In this document: piece by piece, positions 45,037-58,289 of the stretch | Position numbering within the stretch: position 1 is the stretch's first letter | Layout: the number at the start of each line of letters is the position of its first letter | From: the human T2T-CHM13v2.0 reference genome, Homo sapiens | Strand: one strand, 5' to 3' | Length of the DNA: 64,000 nucleotides | Assembly (NCBI RefSeq): GCF_009914755.1 | Contig: NC_060929.1 | The notes under the pieces: model-generated | Databases searched by the model: none | The model's input: the letters and a program-made list of their open reading frames with translations, nothing else | Told to the model about the DNA's origin: nothing | Translations under genes and position numbers: made by a program

Positions 45037-45200
45037 CAGCTATTTGCCAAAGTGTAGTCTGTGGACCAGCAGCATCATGGACCAGCAGCATCTATTTTAC
45101 CTAGGAGTTGGTAAGAAATCCCAGACATACTAAATCAGAATCTGCATTCTAACAAGATTTTGGAATGATGCATATACATGTTAAATTTTGAGAATCACTG
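45037..45200. mobile_element. MER5A-like hAT MITE
   Basis: CAAAGTGTAGTCTGTGGACCAGCAGCATC...AATCAGAATCTGCATTCTAACAAGAT...TGAGAATCACTG. Confidence 0.75.
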
Positions 45201-45294
45201 TAAAACTATCAAGTGGTTTTCCATGGTACTTGAGAAGCTGTTATTATTATTTCTTTCCCTGCTGAATATGTGAGCACTTAGAAAGCAAAAGATC

Positions 45295-45625
45295 AGCCAG
45301 GCGAAGGGGCTCACGCCTGTAACCCCAGCACTTTGGGAGGCTAAGGCAGGCAGATCACAAGGTCAGGAGTTTGAGACCATCCTGGCCAATATGGTGAAAC
45401 AATCTCTACTAAAATACAATCTCTACTAAAAATACGAAAAAATTAGCCAGGTGTGGTGGCACATGCCTGTAATACAGCTACTCAGGAGGCTGAGGCAGGA
45501 GAATTCCTTGAATCCAGCAGGCGGAGCTTGCAGTGAGCTGAGATCGCGCCACTGCACTCCAGCCTGGGCAACAGAGTAAGACTCCGTCTCAAAAAATAAA
45601 AAATAAAAAAATAAAATAAAATAAA
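45295..45625 (+). mobile_element. AluS element with internal duplication
   Basis: Dimer; AATCTCTACTAAAA occurs twice in tandem at ~45401-45431. Confidence 0.92.
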
Positions 45626-45669
45626 CAAAGCAAAAGGTTATCCAAATTATGTGCCTAAAATATGTTGTC

Positions 45670-45940
45670 TACACACCCGTAATCCCAGCAGTTTGGTAGG
45701 CTGAAGCAGGCAGATCGCTTGAGCCTAGGAGATGGAGACCAGCCTCAGCAACAGGGCAAAACCCTGTTTCTACAAAAAAAAAATTAGCCAGGCGTTGTGG
45801 CGCACGCCTGTAGTCCCAGCTACTCAGGAGGCTGAGGTGGGGAGGATGGCTTGAGTCTGGGAGGTTGAGGCTGCAGTGAGTGCCACTGCACTCAAGTCTG
45901 GGCAACAGAGCGAGAACCTGTCTCAATAAATAAATAAAAT
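45670..45940 (+). mobile_element. AluJ element, 5'-truncated
   Basis: CACACCCGTAATCCCAGC...GAGAACCTGTCTCAATAAATAAATAAAA. Confidence 0.9.
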
Positions 45941-47260
45941 ATCTGTCTAGCCATCAGAAACAAAGGAATACACTGAGTGGATACTTCATAAATATCTATA
46001 GCTTGACTAATTTTGTTCCTGATTTCAGCTAAAAAGGTAACTAAAATCATAATCTTTCACTCTATTGTCTGACAAATGAGGTGCACCATAGACATCACAT
46101 CCACATAAACGCACATAGGCAAACACACATACACAGGGTCTTCTATAGATAGAATTTTTAACAGGAAAGCAACTTGCAAAAGAAAGCGATATTAAAGCCT
46201 GCCATGAAAATCAAAGCTGTTTTCAATCAACTGGACAAAATCCCTTTAAATTCCCTTTAAACTGAAATTGAGGGTCTATATGTACTTGATGGACTGTGAG
46301 GTTATATGGGGCTCTAATATTCAATAATTATGTGACCCTAGGGAACATTGCTTCTGCACTGTCCCAGAAGTGACTGTAGGGACCAGTGACAGCCCTGAGA
46401 TTAAGACTGAAGCTATAAAGCCTGACTGCTTCTCTCAGTGCTCTCTAAGTCCCAGCTTCTCTATAATCTCCCCAAAATGCTACTGCTCTTCGCATGTATT
46501 TATTATCATGACCACTCAGCCCCCCAGCCCCGCTTCCTCGCACTTCAAACTGCCCCTTGCCTCCATGAGCTTGTCACTGTCCCCCTTCTCTCCCCCTCTG
46601 TGCCTCAGCTTCTCAGTCTCTCGCACAGATCAGTACTGCCAAGGTGGCGAGGAGCTAAATTAAACTGTACTAGTGGAAGAGGGTAAGGGAAAAAAGATAT
46701 AGTGCTAACCTGTCCCGATCATCCTCTTCCCCTCCCCTTGTAGAATTCATTTATTTTTCTTTCTCTCTCTCTTTTTTTTTTTAAAGATTCAGGGGTACAT
46801 GTTCAGGTTTGTTACGTGGATATATTGCGTGATGCTGAGAGAACTGCAGTGGGGTGTCATCATATCATTTTCTGTAGTGAGGCGGCTGGACCTAGTGAGA
46901 ATTTGCCCTTTGGGTATTGTAAATATCTTTATTTCCTGAACATAGTTTCAGTTCTGTCTCTGGCAAGGCCTCCAAAGTGAGTCTTGGGGCTTTGACCCAA
47001 AGCTATTTCACATCCAAAAAATTGAATCAACACATTTATCACGCATCTCGCTCATATTTTGGAAACAGATTTTTACACACTGTCTAGTTCAACTAACTGC
47101 AATGCCACATATATCTTCTTATGTATCTAAGCAATAAACATAGACCATTCTCAGAGTTAAGTTTCTGACCCAGTGTTCTGCATATGAGAAGGTTATTGGT
47201 GGAAATCTGTTTACATCCTTAAGAGAGTCCTGCTAAACCCAAAGCCTAGTTACAAAGTAG

Positions 47261-47982
47261 AACCACAATGAGATACCATCTCATGCCAGTTAGAATGGCG
47301 ATCATTAAAAAGTCAGGAAACAACAGATGTTGCAGAGGATGTGAAGAAATAGGAATGCTTTTACACTGTTGGTGGGAGTGTAAATTAGTTCAACCATTGT
47401 GGAAGACAGTGTGGCGATTCCTCAAGGATCTAGAACCAGAAATACCACTTGACCCAGCAATGCCATTACTGGGTATATACCCCAAGGATTATAAATCATT
47501 CTGCTATAAAGACACATGCACATGTATGTTTATTGCAGCATTATTCACAATAGCAAAGACTTGGAACCAACCCAAATGCCCATCAATGATAGACTGGATA
47601 AAGAAAATGTGGCACATATACACCATGGAACACTATGCAGCTATAAAAAGAATGAGTTCATGTCCTTTGTAGGGACATGGATGAAGCTGGAAACCATCAT
47701 TCTCAGCAAACTAACACCGGAACAGAAAACCAAACACTGCATGTTCTCACTCATAATTGAGAGTTGAACAATGAGAACACATGGACATAGGGAGGGGAAC
47801 ATCACATACCGGGGCCTGTTGTGGGGTCGGGGGCTAGGGGAGGGATAGCGTTAGGAGAAATACCTAATGTAGGTGACGGGTTGATGGATACAGCAAACAA
47901 CCATGGCATGTGTATACCTATGTAACAAACCTGCACATTCTGTACATGTATTCCAGAACTTAAAGTATAATTTTAAAAAAAA
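47261..47982 (+). mobile_element. 5'-truncated L1PA (ORF2 C-terminus and 3' UTR)
   Basis: ORF2 zinc-knuckle region [21 protein letters not shown]...[14 protein letters not shown]; L1 3' UTR ending CAGAACTTAAAGTATAA plus A-tract. Confidence 0.95.
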
Positions 47983-48164
47983 GAAGAAGTTTGGACTTTA
48001 AGAACATGTGTAAAAATAAAGGTTCATCTGGACAGAAAAATAAAGAAAGTAGAACTTCAGGCTTTTCATTACAGCCTAGGTCCCCTTTCCTCTTATTTCC
48101 CAAGAAGTACACATTATGAGATTTACTCACACAGGTCAGGGAAGTACTTAAAGGAAGATCTCTC

Positions 48165-48360
48165 TGCTCTAGGGATGAACTGTGTGGATTTTATTCCTGG
48201 CTCCACAGCTTACTAGCCATGTGACTCTGGGCAATTTGTGTAAACCCTCTAAGCTCATGTTTCCTTTCTTGTAAAATGGGAATGATAATATCCCTAGATA
48301 TTGGAGTTGTTGTGAGGAGTGAATGAGATTATGTATATAAAGTGGTTAGTACAGTGCCTA
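48165..48360. mobile_element. MIR
   Basis: TCCTGGCTCCACAGCTTACTAGCCATGTGACTCTGGGCAA...TGTAAAATGGGAATGATAATA...GTTGTTGTGAGGAGTGAATGAGAT. Confidence 0.8.
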
Positions 48361-48720
48361 GGTGATTAACTCCATTTCACAGTTATTAAAAATTAAGGTC
48401 AGAGGGTTGTTGTGAATGATCTTTTTTTTTTTTTTTAATTTGCAAAGCCCGCTTAATGCTACAGATTCTCCTCTCTAGGACTCTTCTACTTGCACACATC
48501 TCTAGCACATGACACTGTCCATGTGGGAGGTAACCTGACTCCCAGCTAACGACAGTATGGGGTCTTAGCTGTCCTTATGCACGCAGTGTTCCTCTGGGCA
48601 ATAACTCTGTGTATGTATGCATGGCTAACAGAAATGGAATAGCCCCTTTTAAAAATTGGGCGTGACTTTATAACATAAAAACTTATGTACTAAATCCAGT
48701 GGCATCAAAAAGGACAAACA

Positions 48721-49031
48721 GGCTGAGAACAGTGGGCTCACACATGTAATCCCAACACTCTGGGAGGGAGGGATGGGAGGATTGCTTGAACCCAGGAGTT
48801 CAAGACCAGCCCAAGCAACATAGCAAAAGTCCATGTCCACAAAAAAAAAGTTTAAAAATTAGCTGAACATGGTGGCATGAGCCTATAGTCCAACTACTCA
48901 GGAGGCTGAGGAGGGAGGATCACTTGAGCTCAGGAGTTCAAGGTTTCAGTGAGCTATATTATCGTAATACTGCACTCCAGCTTGGGTGACAAAGTGAGAC
49001 CCCATTTCAAAAAAAACAAAAACAAAAAAAA
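48721..49031 (+). mobile_element. AluJ element
   Basis: Diverged dimer; TSD GACAAACA. Confidence 0.9.
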
Positions 49032-51217
49032 GACAAACATCCTTTTCCTATTTTAGGTGACATGTCAAAGGAAATAGAAGTTTGAGGGTTAAATATCAAA
49101 GTATTTTCTGCATTCAGCAGGACGTAAAAGACATCTAATCTCCCCTACCTCTAAGATGATGTCTCTGCTTCAGAATGCCACCACTGGAGAGGGTGCCATT
49201 GGGGTTCAAGCAATGGCTCTTCCTAAAGACAAATGAAGGGGTGAAATGTGTTTATGAAGAAATGTGTGTCTTTAAACCAGTCTATCAGAGATAAGAATAA
49301 AACAAGTCAGTTTTGATGTGGGCTTGAGGAAGTGATAGGTTTGGAGGGCTAGTTCTAAAGGAAGAAAACACTATAATGTGTGTGTAGGAAAGGGTTCTGG
49401 GGAGGGGCAGACAGAAGAGGTGAGGAGAGCTTGCAAAATATAAACTATATCAGTCAGCAGTTCTGCCAAAAGCTGGATTTGAAGTTGTTTGTTGCTTCTG
49501 GGACAGGAAGGCTCTTAACTGTAGGCAACTTTTCTCCTGTCATCTCTCATCAGCATGATCACTACAAGTGTTAGAGAGTGAGACCCAGGAAGCAGTGTAG
49601 ACTATTCACTTGGAATATGGGCCCCCCACCATCACTGTTCCTCTCCTTTGCCCTAGGGCCAGGTCAATTTCAACATTTCACCCTCAAATAAGAAAAAAAG
49701 ATCATAAACACAATCTTTAGCTAAATTTGAAAGTTCCCTAACAAAACAAAGTGAAAAGTAGCTTGCCACATCATTCAACTTTTTATCTTAGTATTTGAAC
49801 CCTAAGGCCTGAATTTTTTATAAAGAAGAATTCTACAAATTGGGTCTTTTAAAGCTAGTTCCTCTATTGTCAAAAGAACAACTGGGGAAAGACAGTCTTT
49901 TAAGAGATGGTTCTTGGAACATTTTATTTTGGTGCCCTAAGCCCTCATGTGAGAGATCTACTACCAGGAGGTCACTATCCTGTGAGCTCAAGCCACATGG
50001 AGATCACTGAAAGATGAGACACCAAGTTGGGGACTGGGGTGAACTGACAAAGATGGCACAAAGGTGCCATACATGTGAGTGAAGAAACCATCTGGGAAAT
50101 GCATAATCTAGTCCCAGCTGTCAACACTTGGATCAGAGATGAACTGCTCAGCCAGCTCTTCTCAAATTCCTAAACTAAAACATTAAGCCACAGGAGAAAG
50201 ACCATATGCCCCAGAAGAGCCCTCCAGTGAGCAAGATTTTAAAGATATGCCCCAGTTGTTTCTAATTCCACTAGGATTTCAGTATCAAGGGAAAGAAGTA
50301 GTAACATTCATAACTCATGACAGGCATCATATCCTTTGATGGAGAAGCTGTCTGAGAAAGGCCATGAACAATGTGGACTTTGACAACAAGAAAACAAGTA
50401 CAGTAAGGGTTGAGCTACATAGATATTCAAATAGAAATGCATCTTTTGTAACAACTTCATAGAGTAAATGGTTTTATATAAAAATACAATTTAGATATAG
50501 GAACCATGAGATCCAGGACAGTAAGTATTTTAATCTAACATGGAGAGACATATGATTAACAATCACAAGACAGACCTCCTCTTTGGCACTTTGTAAAATC
50601 AAAAAATTTGACAAAACACTGGGGACAAGACAAAACTCTAAATGTGATGAAGTAAAATTTCCAGTCACGTAGAAAATAGCTCACCCTTGACATCAGTTTA
50701 ATGTGTTGAAAATTTTTTAAAAGTGATTTCTTTTTCCCGAAAGCAAGCAAGCAAGAAAACAAAAGGTACAGAGACCAATGTGAAGGCTGTATGCTAATAA
50801 ATTGAGAGATATGAAATAATTAAAATCTACTTTTGTTAGAAAATGGTCTAGATCAACTGGGGAAGAAATAGTGAGATGCATCTTTAGAATCTCCCATGTA
50901 TCAAGCTTCCTTAAGAACTTTTCAAAACTGTCACCAAAATACTCAGTTGATGTCAAATATCATCATCTTCTTGAGCAGCTTGAGTATGTTCACAAAACAG
51001 ATGCATTTATTTTTGCAGGGACTAATATTACAGTCACAGTGGTGACTGTGAACTGACACAGTGGGCCACAGCAGAAGCTGGATTTGTTCAGAAACTGATG
51101 AAAACCATCTCATACACACAAAACTCACAACTCCTTTACTGACTTAATTCACATACCTCTTTCCTCAACTATTTGTTCTCCCTCCACCCCTGTTAGGTGT
51201 AATAGAAAATAAAAAAT

Positions 51218-51395
51218 GGCCAGGTGCAGTGGCACACACCTGAAGTCTCAGCTGCTCCAGAGGCTGAGGTGAAGATTGCTTGAAGCCAGGAGTTTGAGGC
51301 TGTAGTGTGCTAGGATCACCCATATGAACAGCTACTGCACTCCAGCCTGGGCAACATGGCAAGATCCTGTCTCTTAAAAAATAAAAAAATTAAAA
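51218..51395 (+). mobile_element. Alu monomer (FAM/FRAM-like)
   Basis: GGCCAGGTGCAGTGGCACACACC...GCACTCCAGCCTGGGCAACATGGCAAGATCCTGTCTC plus A-tail. Confidence 0.85.
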
Positions 51396-51554
51396 ATGAA
51401 TAAAGTAATTAAATTGTTAAAATCTTTCACAATATCTGGTGCTTTATGGACACTTTGAATTATCTTTATGTGAATAAAGGTTACCTAGTATGGCATCTGT
51501 TACCAAATAGAAGATAAATAAATATGCAAACACTAAATCTCCAGCCTGTGCTAC

Positions 51555-51767
51555 CTACCTAGCAAGACTCCATTTCTACAAAAAAAAAAAAAAAAATTAG
51601 CGAGGCATAGTGGCACATGCCTGTAGTCCTAGCTACTGGGGAGGCTGAGGTGGGAGGATCACTTAAGCCCAGGAGTTCAAGGTTGCAGTAACATATGGTC
51701 GTGCCACTGCACTCCAGACTGGGTGACAGAGTAAGACCCTGTCTCTAAAATCAAAACAAAACAAAAA
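51555..51767 (+). mobile_element. AluJ, 5'-truncated
   Basis: End of left arm, A-linker and complete right arm. Confidence 0.88.
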
Positions 51768-53873
51768 CACTAAATAATAAAATAGGCAAGCAAAAGAAAA
51801 TAAATGGAACAACACAATAAACTCTCCAACAAATCAAAATAACTTAAGCAACATTTTAAAAGAATGCAGAGTTTAGGTTATTGTATGAATTTAAAATATT
51901 CTCACTAATGTGACATTTTAATACATTTAAAATACTGTACATTGCTAAACCTGCTTTATCTTACTTCTCTTTCCTCTTTTTTTCCGAATGAAGCTACTGT
52001 CAAATTCTTCAGTTGTTCACTTTTAAATAGATCTAATGTCCTATTTTTCAGACCACTGAACCTATATAATATCCATGAAGCTAGTATAACTCTGCAGACA
52101 TCCTAGCTATTCAGGCAATGTTATAAAGGCATCATCATTGTTCATTTGTCTGATCTCTATGTATCTTGTCATCTTTCCAGGGTAAGATTGCCAAGGTCTT
52201 GGACTCTTCATTTGGTGGAGTCTAATTCTGTTCTCTTTACAAAGAGCTAGGGTTACACTCAGCAAAGGTTACCATTTACGTGAGACATGAAGCCGGCTAG
52301 CGTAACGCATCACCAAAGTAAAACCCCTGGCTATTTTTTCCCTCAAGGACATCCCCAGTGCCACATAAAATCAAGAAAGAACACTTCAGGATAGGTCACA
52401 CGTAGGGCCTGCATGTACTATGAACCCACACTTTCATTTTTATATTCTGGAGTGCGCTATTTTCAGAACAGTCAGACAAAGGGGTATTTTTCCTTTTGAA
52501 AAATCTCCTTTTCTCTCCCCTAGAGGAAAATACATGAGAATCAAATGTAAGAGACTACAGTGGCTTTAGCAAGAGAAGCCAATATTTAAGGGTGAGCTTT
52601 CTTTTAGAAATTATTCCTTTTTGTGTTTGGCTTTGCTTTATCATTTACTCAAATTAGTTATCAAAGATTTTTAATAAATAAATAATATTTTAAATTGTTT
52701 CAGTAATTTCTAAGACTCAGCTCATTATCTTTCAAACCTCTGCATTCTGAAGTGGCAGTCAAAGCCAGTGCCCTAAGTGCTGACTGCTTTTGCTTTAAGC
52801 ACTAACGTTCATCTTTCTTTCTCTTATCCTCGGATGGAAATTCATCTACTCTGGTAATTCTGAAAATTGGAGATTTTAAAGCATGATCGGGCTTCGAGAT
52901 TTTTTTTAAATGTTTAAAAATAGCAAATATTAAACCTAGAAGAAACCTTAGGGACCATCTCACTTCTGATATAACTGAGACCCCAAAAGTCTTGCCCAAA
53001 TCATAACTAATAAACGACAGCCATAAAACAGAATCCAGATTGCCTTAATCTTGAATTAGTGCTCTCTTTCACCATATTACTTGATCTTTCTATATTTTTA
53101 TCCATTTCAGATACAGATTATATAACTCAGCAATATGCCCAAAGTAAGATTCAGGGCATTTCTTTGTTCCATTAGTCATCACTGTCTTTTTTCATTGGTT
53201 GGAAGATCAGGGACAGGAAACAGGAAACTCCTTCTTGGCCTCCCCACCCCATGGATTAAATGGTAGCAGGGGCTGCCTGGTGCCTTGCCCATGAAGCTTG
53301 ACTATTCATGCTTAGAAGGAGGAGCATCATGAACATTAAGAAACCAGGTACAAAGACCCTTCTCTTTATAAAGATTGAATTTTCTCTTTTTTGTTTTCAT
53401 TAGCTTAAGGATATAAAACAATTTCAAGGTGGCAAAAGCCTGAATTCCACACACCACCAAAACTATTCTGCTCATCTTTTCCAGCTATTCCTTTGAGATG
53501 TGCCAGGAGCTTAGAGGATGTTTTATCCTCTTGCACCAACTGACCTTACACATTTACTTATAAGGCATGTTTCTTCCAAAAAGTTCCAGAAGTTTCATAT
53601 ATACTCTCTCATATGCTTCCCCCACAGGGGGAAGCATTTCATTTTTATTTTTTTGCCATAGCCAAAGTTTCCCTGTTGTTTCCAGGGTTTCTTTCCAGAG
53701 TTTGATGCTTAAAGTTTAGACTCTCTGGAAGTCACAAACATTCCCAAATGAAGTCTCAACCAATACTGCCAACAAAGCCAACTTATTCATTCAACAATTA
53801 CTTATTGAGCATCTCCTGTGTGCCTGGCACTATTCCAGACACTAGGGATTCAAGAGTGAACAAAACAGACTAA

Positions 53874-54213
<340 letters not shown>

Positions 54214-55978
54214 ATAAAAGTACTTTTAAGTCCTTTTAAAAGTAAAGTCCTTCTGGGACTTTAATGGACTGTCTGGTAATGGATGTTCTGGTAATGGACT
54301 GTTCCCTTACTCACTGAATTCAGAACCATAAACACATTCTAATCTAATAAAAGATTTAAAAAAATTACAGTCTCAACTACTCAGAATAATATCCACAGTT
54401 TTGAATTTATCGAGTAATAAAGAGTCCATTTGCTATAAACCTGCATGGATTGCGCTATAAGACAAGAGACTCAGATTCTAATCTTGACTCTTCTACCAAC
54501 AGATTGCATGACCTTGAACAAATAACATACTCTCTCTGAACCTTACTTTTGTTTTCCAAAGATGTAAGGCAAGAAGATTTCTCATGTCATCTCTTGCTCT
54601 GTAATCATAGGATTGGTTAACCTCACCTAAGATGACTGGTGTAATACTAGGATTTACTGCCAAGGTCAAAAGAGGAGGAATCCTTCTATATCAATTGCTT
54701 TTATTTGTCAGGCGGGGTTAAGGAAAACAGCAGAAGGCAACATACACCTCCTAGGAAAATGTAGTATCTCCCTGTGCAATAATCTGCGAAATCAACCAAC
54801 TCCACACCTATGTGTTCAACAGTAGGCCAGACACTTTGTGGATAGGAGACACATTACATATTAAAAGATCCCTGATCTTAAGGAATTTCCAAAGAAAGTA
54901 CATGATAATAGATTATTTAAAACAAAAGTGTATTATAGAAGTTCTAAGTTCACAAGAGAAGAAATATCAAGGAGGCCTAGATTAGTAACCTCTGAGGAAG
55001 GGTAGACTATCCCCTGGATCTCCATATAACAACCATCATCACAATAATAATAGCAGCTAACATTCATTGAGCGCTTGATATGTATCATATATAAACTAAG
55101 TGCTTTTGTAAGCCACCTAACCCTAGAAATAAACACTACTATTGTGTCTTTTTAACCGATAAGGATCATGAGACTTAGAGGGAAACCTAACGTACCTAAC
55201 AGTAAATGCAAACAATCTGACGCCAGAGTATTCCACACCATCTAATGGTCATGGGCTGCTTGCCTCACCCTCGAGATAAAGGTACAAGCCACAGTATCTG
55301 GCACACAGTTTAATGTTCCGTGAATGTTACTTAATGCCCTTCTCTATCCATCCCCCACTACCATTCACCCTCAACCCTCATCTCACATACATACCTCATT
55401 CTAAACATTCTTCAAAATTCAGTTGAAGGTCCACACTGACCTTCTTAGACCAATCAAGCTTCTTTCTCCTTATTTCTAGCACTTACTTCTCAAAGCCTTC
55501 CAGGTCATCATGCACTGTCTTGTGATGTCACTGGCATGATTTAATGTCTTATGACATTAATGTTTCTTATGTCTTATGATATTATTAAGATGAACCTATA
55601 TTATTATTCATCTTTTGCACTACTGACCTTCTCATATAATTTAATTGTGTCAGTTAACTCCAAAATCCTTTGTGTTGTTCCTGGAGTCTTAGTAAAAAAG
55701 GCATGAGGAAGCATTCACCAATGCAAGAGTTTGACTGTGAAGTTTTCATTTTTAGAAAAATGATCCAAGTCAAGCAAATGCAGCTAGCATGTCAAAGTTT
55801 GATTCCACCCTGTTTAGAGAATATGTAGATATAGGTTCTTTCTGTTTGTGCCTAATTTTAGACATAAAAGTAATCTATGCATGTTTATAATACTCTATCT
55901 CATGCATGTTCACAGAACTGAATTTATCTTCTTCTGAACTACTGAGAATACTATCTGTTCTTTGAAAATGAAAAAACT

Positions 55979-56292
55979 GGCCAGGCATGGTAGCTCACAT
56001 CTGTAATCCCAGCACTTTGGGAGGCTGAGGCAGGTGGATCACCTGAGGTCAGGAGTTCAAGACCAGCCCAATCAACTTGGTGAAACCCTGTCTCTACTAA
56101 AAATACAAAAAAATTCACCAAGCATGGTGGCACATGCCTGTAATCCCAGTTACTCAGGAGGCTAAAGCAGGAAAATAGCTTGAACCAAGGAGGCAGAAGT
56201 TGCAGTGAGCCAAGATCACACCACTGCACTCCAGCCTGGGCAACAGAGCGAGACACCATCTCAAAAAAAAAAAAAAAAAGAAGAAGAAGAAG
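55979..56292 (+). mobile_element. AluS element
   Basis: Full dimer, tail with (GAA)n; TSD GAAAATGAAAAAA. Confidence 0.94.
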
Positions 56293-57004
56293 AAAATGAA
56301 AAAATTAACTCTTACAAAAACAAAAGGCAGCTTCAGTTCACAGATTTATTTTAATCTTATGAATTTATTATAAAATACTACATACATAGGAAAGAGTTAA
56401 TATAATATATATGTACAGTTTAAATAATAATAAAAGGTACATTCTATACCCACTATCTACCTTAACAAATAAAACATGAAGTAGCATTAGTAAATCTTTT
56501 TACATCACCTAAGTTTTAGTCTAAAGCAAATTAAGCCTGATACGGTAATACAACTTCAAGATGATAAAGGGTTTTTAAAGACTGAAAAGAGCCACCAAGT
56601 ATTAAGAGATTATATATTGAGATTAGGAGGAGATTAGATAAATCTAGTTCTAATAATGGTATCAAACACTATATATAAAAGACTTTTAAGTGGGAACCAA
56701 TTTTTTTTCATTAAAGCATTGTTGTGTAATGCAAACTTATGACCTAAATTTTCTCGAATAGTTAGTTTTAGATATTCTATTTCCATAAACCAATGACTTT
56801 CTGGAAATTACCATATTTTGTTATTTAGGCTAATCTACATCTTCCAATCGACCTCTCCTACATGGAAATAATATAAAAGTTCTTTGTGGGGCCATGTGAC
56901 CTAAATGTTGGTTTGAGGAAATAAATCATCATAGTGTAAAAAAAGTATCAGGCCACAAGTTTAGGAGATCCTAACTCTAATGTCTATTGAATTATTGGCT
57001 CTGT

Positions 57005-58146
57005 AAGAGCCAAATCATGAATGAAATCCTATTCACGACTGCCACAAAAAGAATAAAATACCTAGGAAGACAACTAATGGGAAGTGAAGGGCGTATTCAA
57101 GGAGAACTCCAAACCACTGCTCAAAGAAATCAGAAAGGACACAAACGAATGGAAAAATATTCCATTCTCATGGATAGGAAGAATCAATATGTAAAAATGG
57201 CCATACTGCCCAAAGCAATTTATAGATTCAATGCTATTCCCATTAAACTACCATTGACATTCTTCACAAAATTAGAAAAAAAAAATTTAAAAATTCATAT
57301 GAAACCCAAAAAGAGCCCAAATACCAAAGACAATCCTAAGCAAGAAGAATAAAGCTGGAGGTATCACACTACCCAACTTCCAATTACACTACAAGGCTAC
57401 AGTAACCAAAACAGCATGGTATGGTACAAGAACAGACAGATATACCAATGGAACAGAATAGAGAACCTGCTAGCGAGGTTGTGGAGAAAAAAGAATGCTT
57501 TTACACTGTTAGTGGAAGTGTAAATTGTTCAACCACTGTGGAAGACAGTGTAGCAATTCTTCAAAGACCTAGAGGCAGAAATACCATTTGACCCAGCCAC
57601 CCCATTACTGGGTATATACCCAAAGGAATATAAATCATTCTATTATAAAGATACATGCACATGTATATTCATTGCAGCACTATTCACAATAGCAAAGACA
57701 TGGAATCAACCTAAATGCCCACCAATAATAGACTGGATAAAGAAAATGTGGTACATATACACCATGGAATACTATGCAGCCATAAAAAGGAACAAGATCA
57801 TGTCCTTTGCAGGGACATTGATGGAGCTGGAAGCCATTATCCTCAGCAAACTAATGCAGGAACAGAAAACCAAATACCACATGTTCTCACTTATAAGTGG
57901 GAGCTGAATGATGAGAACACATGGACACACTGAGGGTAACAACACACACTAGGGCCTGTTGGAGAATGAGGGGTGGGAGGAGGGAGAGCATCAGGAAGAA
58001 CAGCTAATCGATGCTGGGCCTAATACCTAGGTGATGGAATGATCTGTGCAGCAAACCACCATGGCACATGTTTACCTATGTAACAAACCTACACATCTTG
58101 TACATGTACCCCAGAACTTAAAATAAAACTTGGAAATAAAAAAAAG
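57005..58146 (+). mobile_element. Older L1PA element with an internal ORF2 deletion
   Basis: ORF2 motifs KRIKYLG and [19 protein letters not shown]; jumps at ~57466 from GGAACAGAATAGAGAAC to the zinc-knuckle region; L1 3' UTR and A-tail. Confidence 0.92.
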
Positions 58147-58289
58147 AAAATATATTTGAAAAAAAGAATTTTTGAGGAAAATATAAATGATGGAAGTTTA
58201 TTCTGGAGAGACAGAAAAACTGAATGAACCAGTCACTTTAGAAGATATTGAGAAAGTTTTATTAACCCTTTAGGAAAGCTCATGGTTCA

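Noticed and set aside
47268-47767. 134-aa and 83-aa ORFs (also 17040-17282, 18308-18544, 56987-57352)
   Set aside because: Fragments of truncated L1 ORF2 or 3' UTR; no intact element or promoter.
50575-50625. Possible trace of the palladin/myopalladin LSAFLSQEE.DKS motif (…TTTGACAAAACACTG)
   Set aside because: Needs several indels and substitutions to align; not distinguishable from chance by eye.
54262-54304. Three short TAATGGA repeats; also the AACTCTCTGAAG duplication near 7223-7250 and the 8-bp hairpin at 55541-55560
   Set aside because: Ordinary small slippage duplications or chance hairpins with no array structure.
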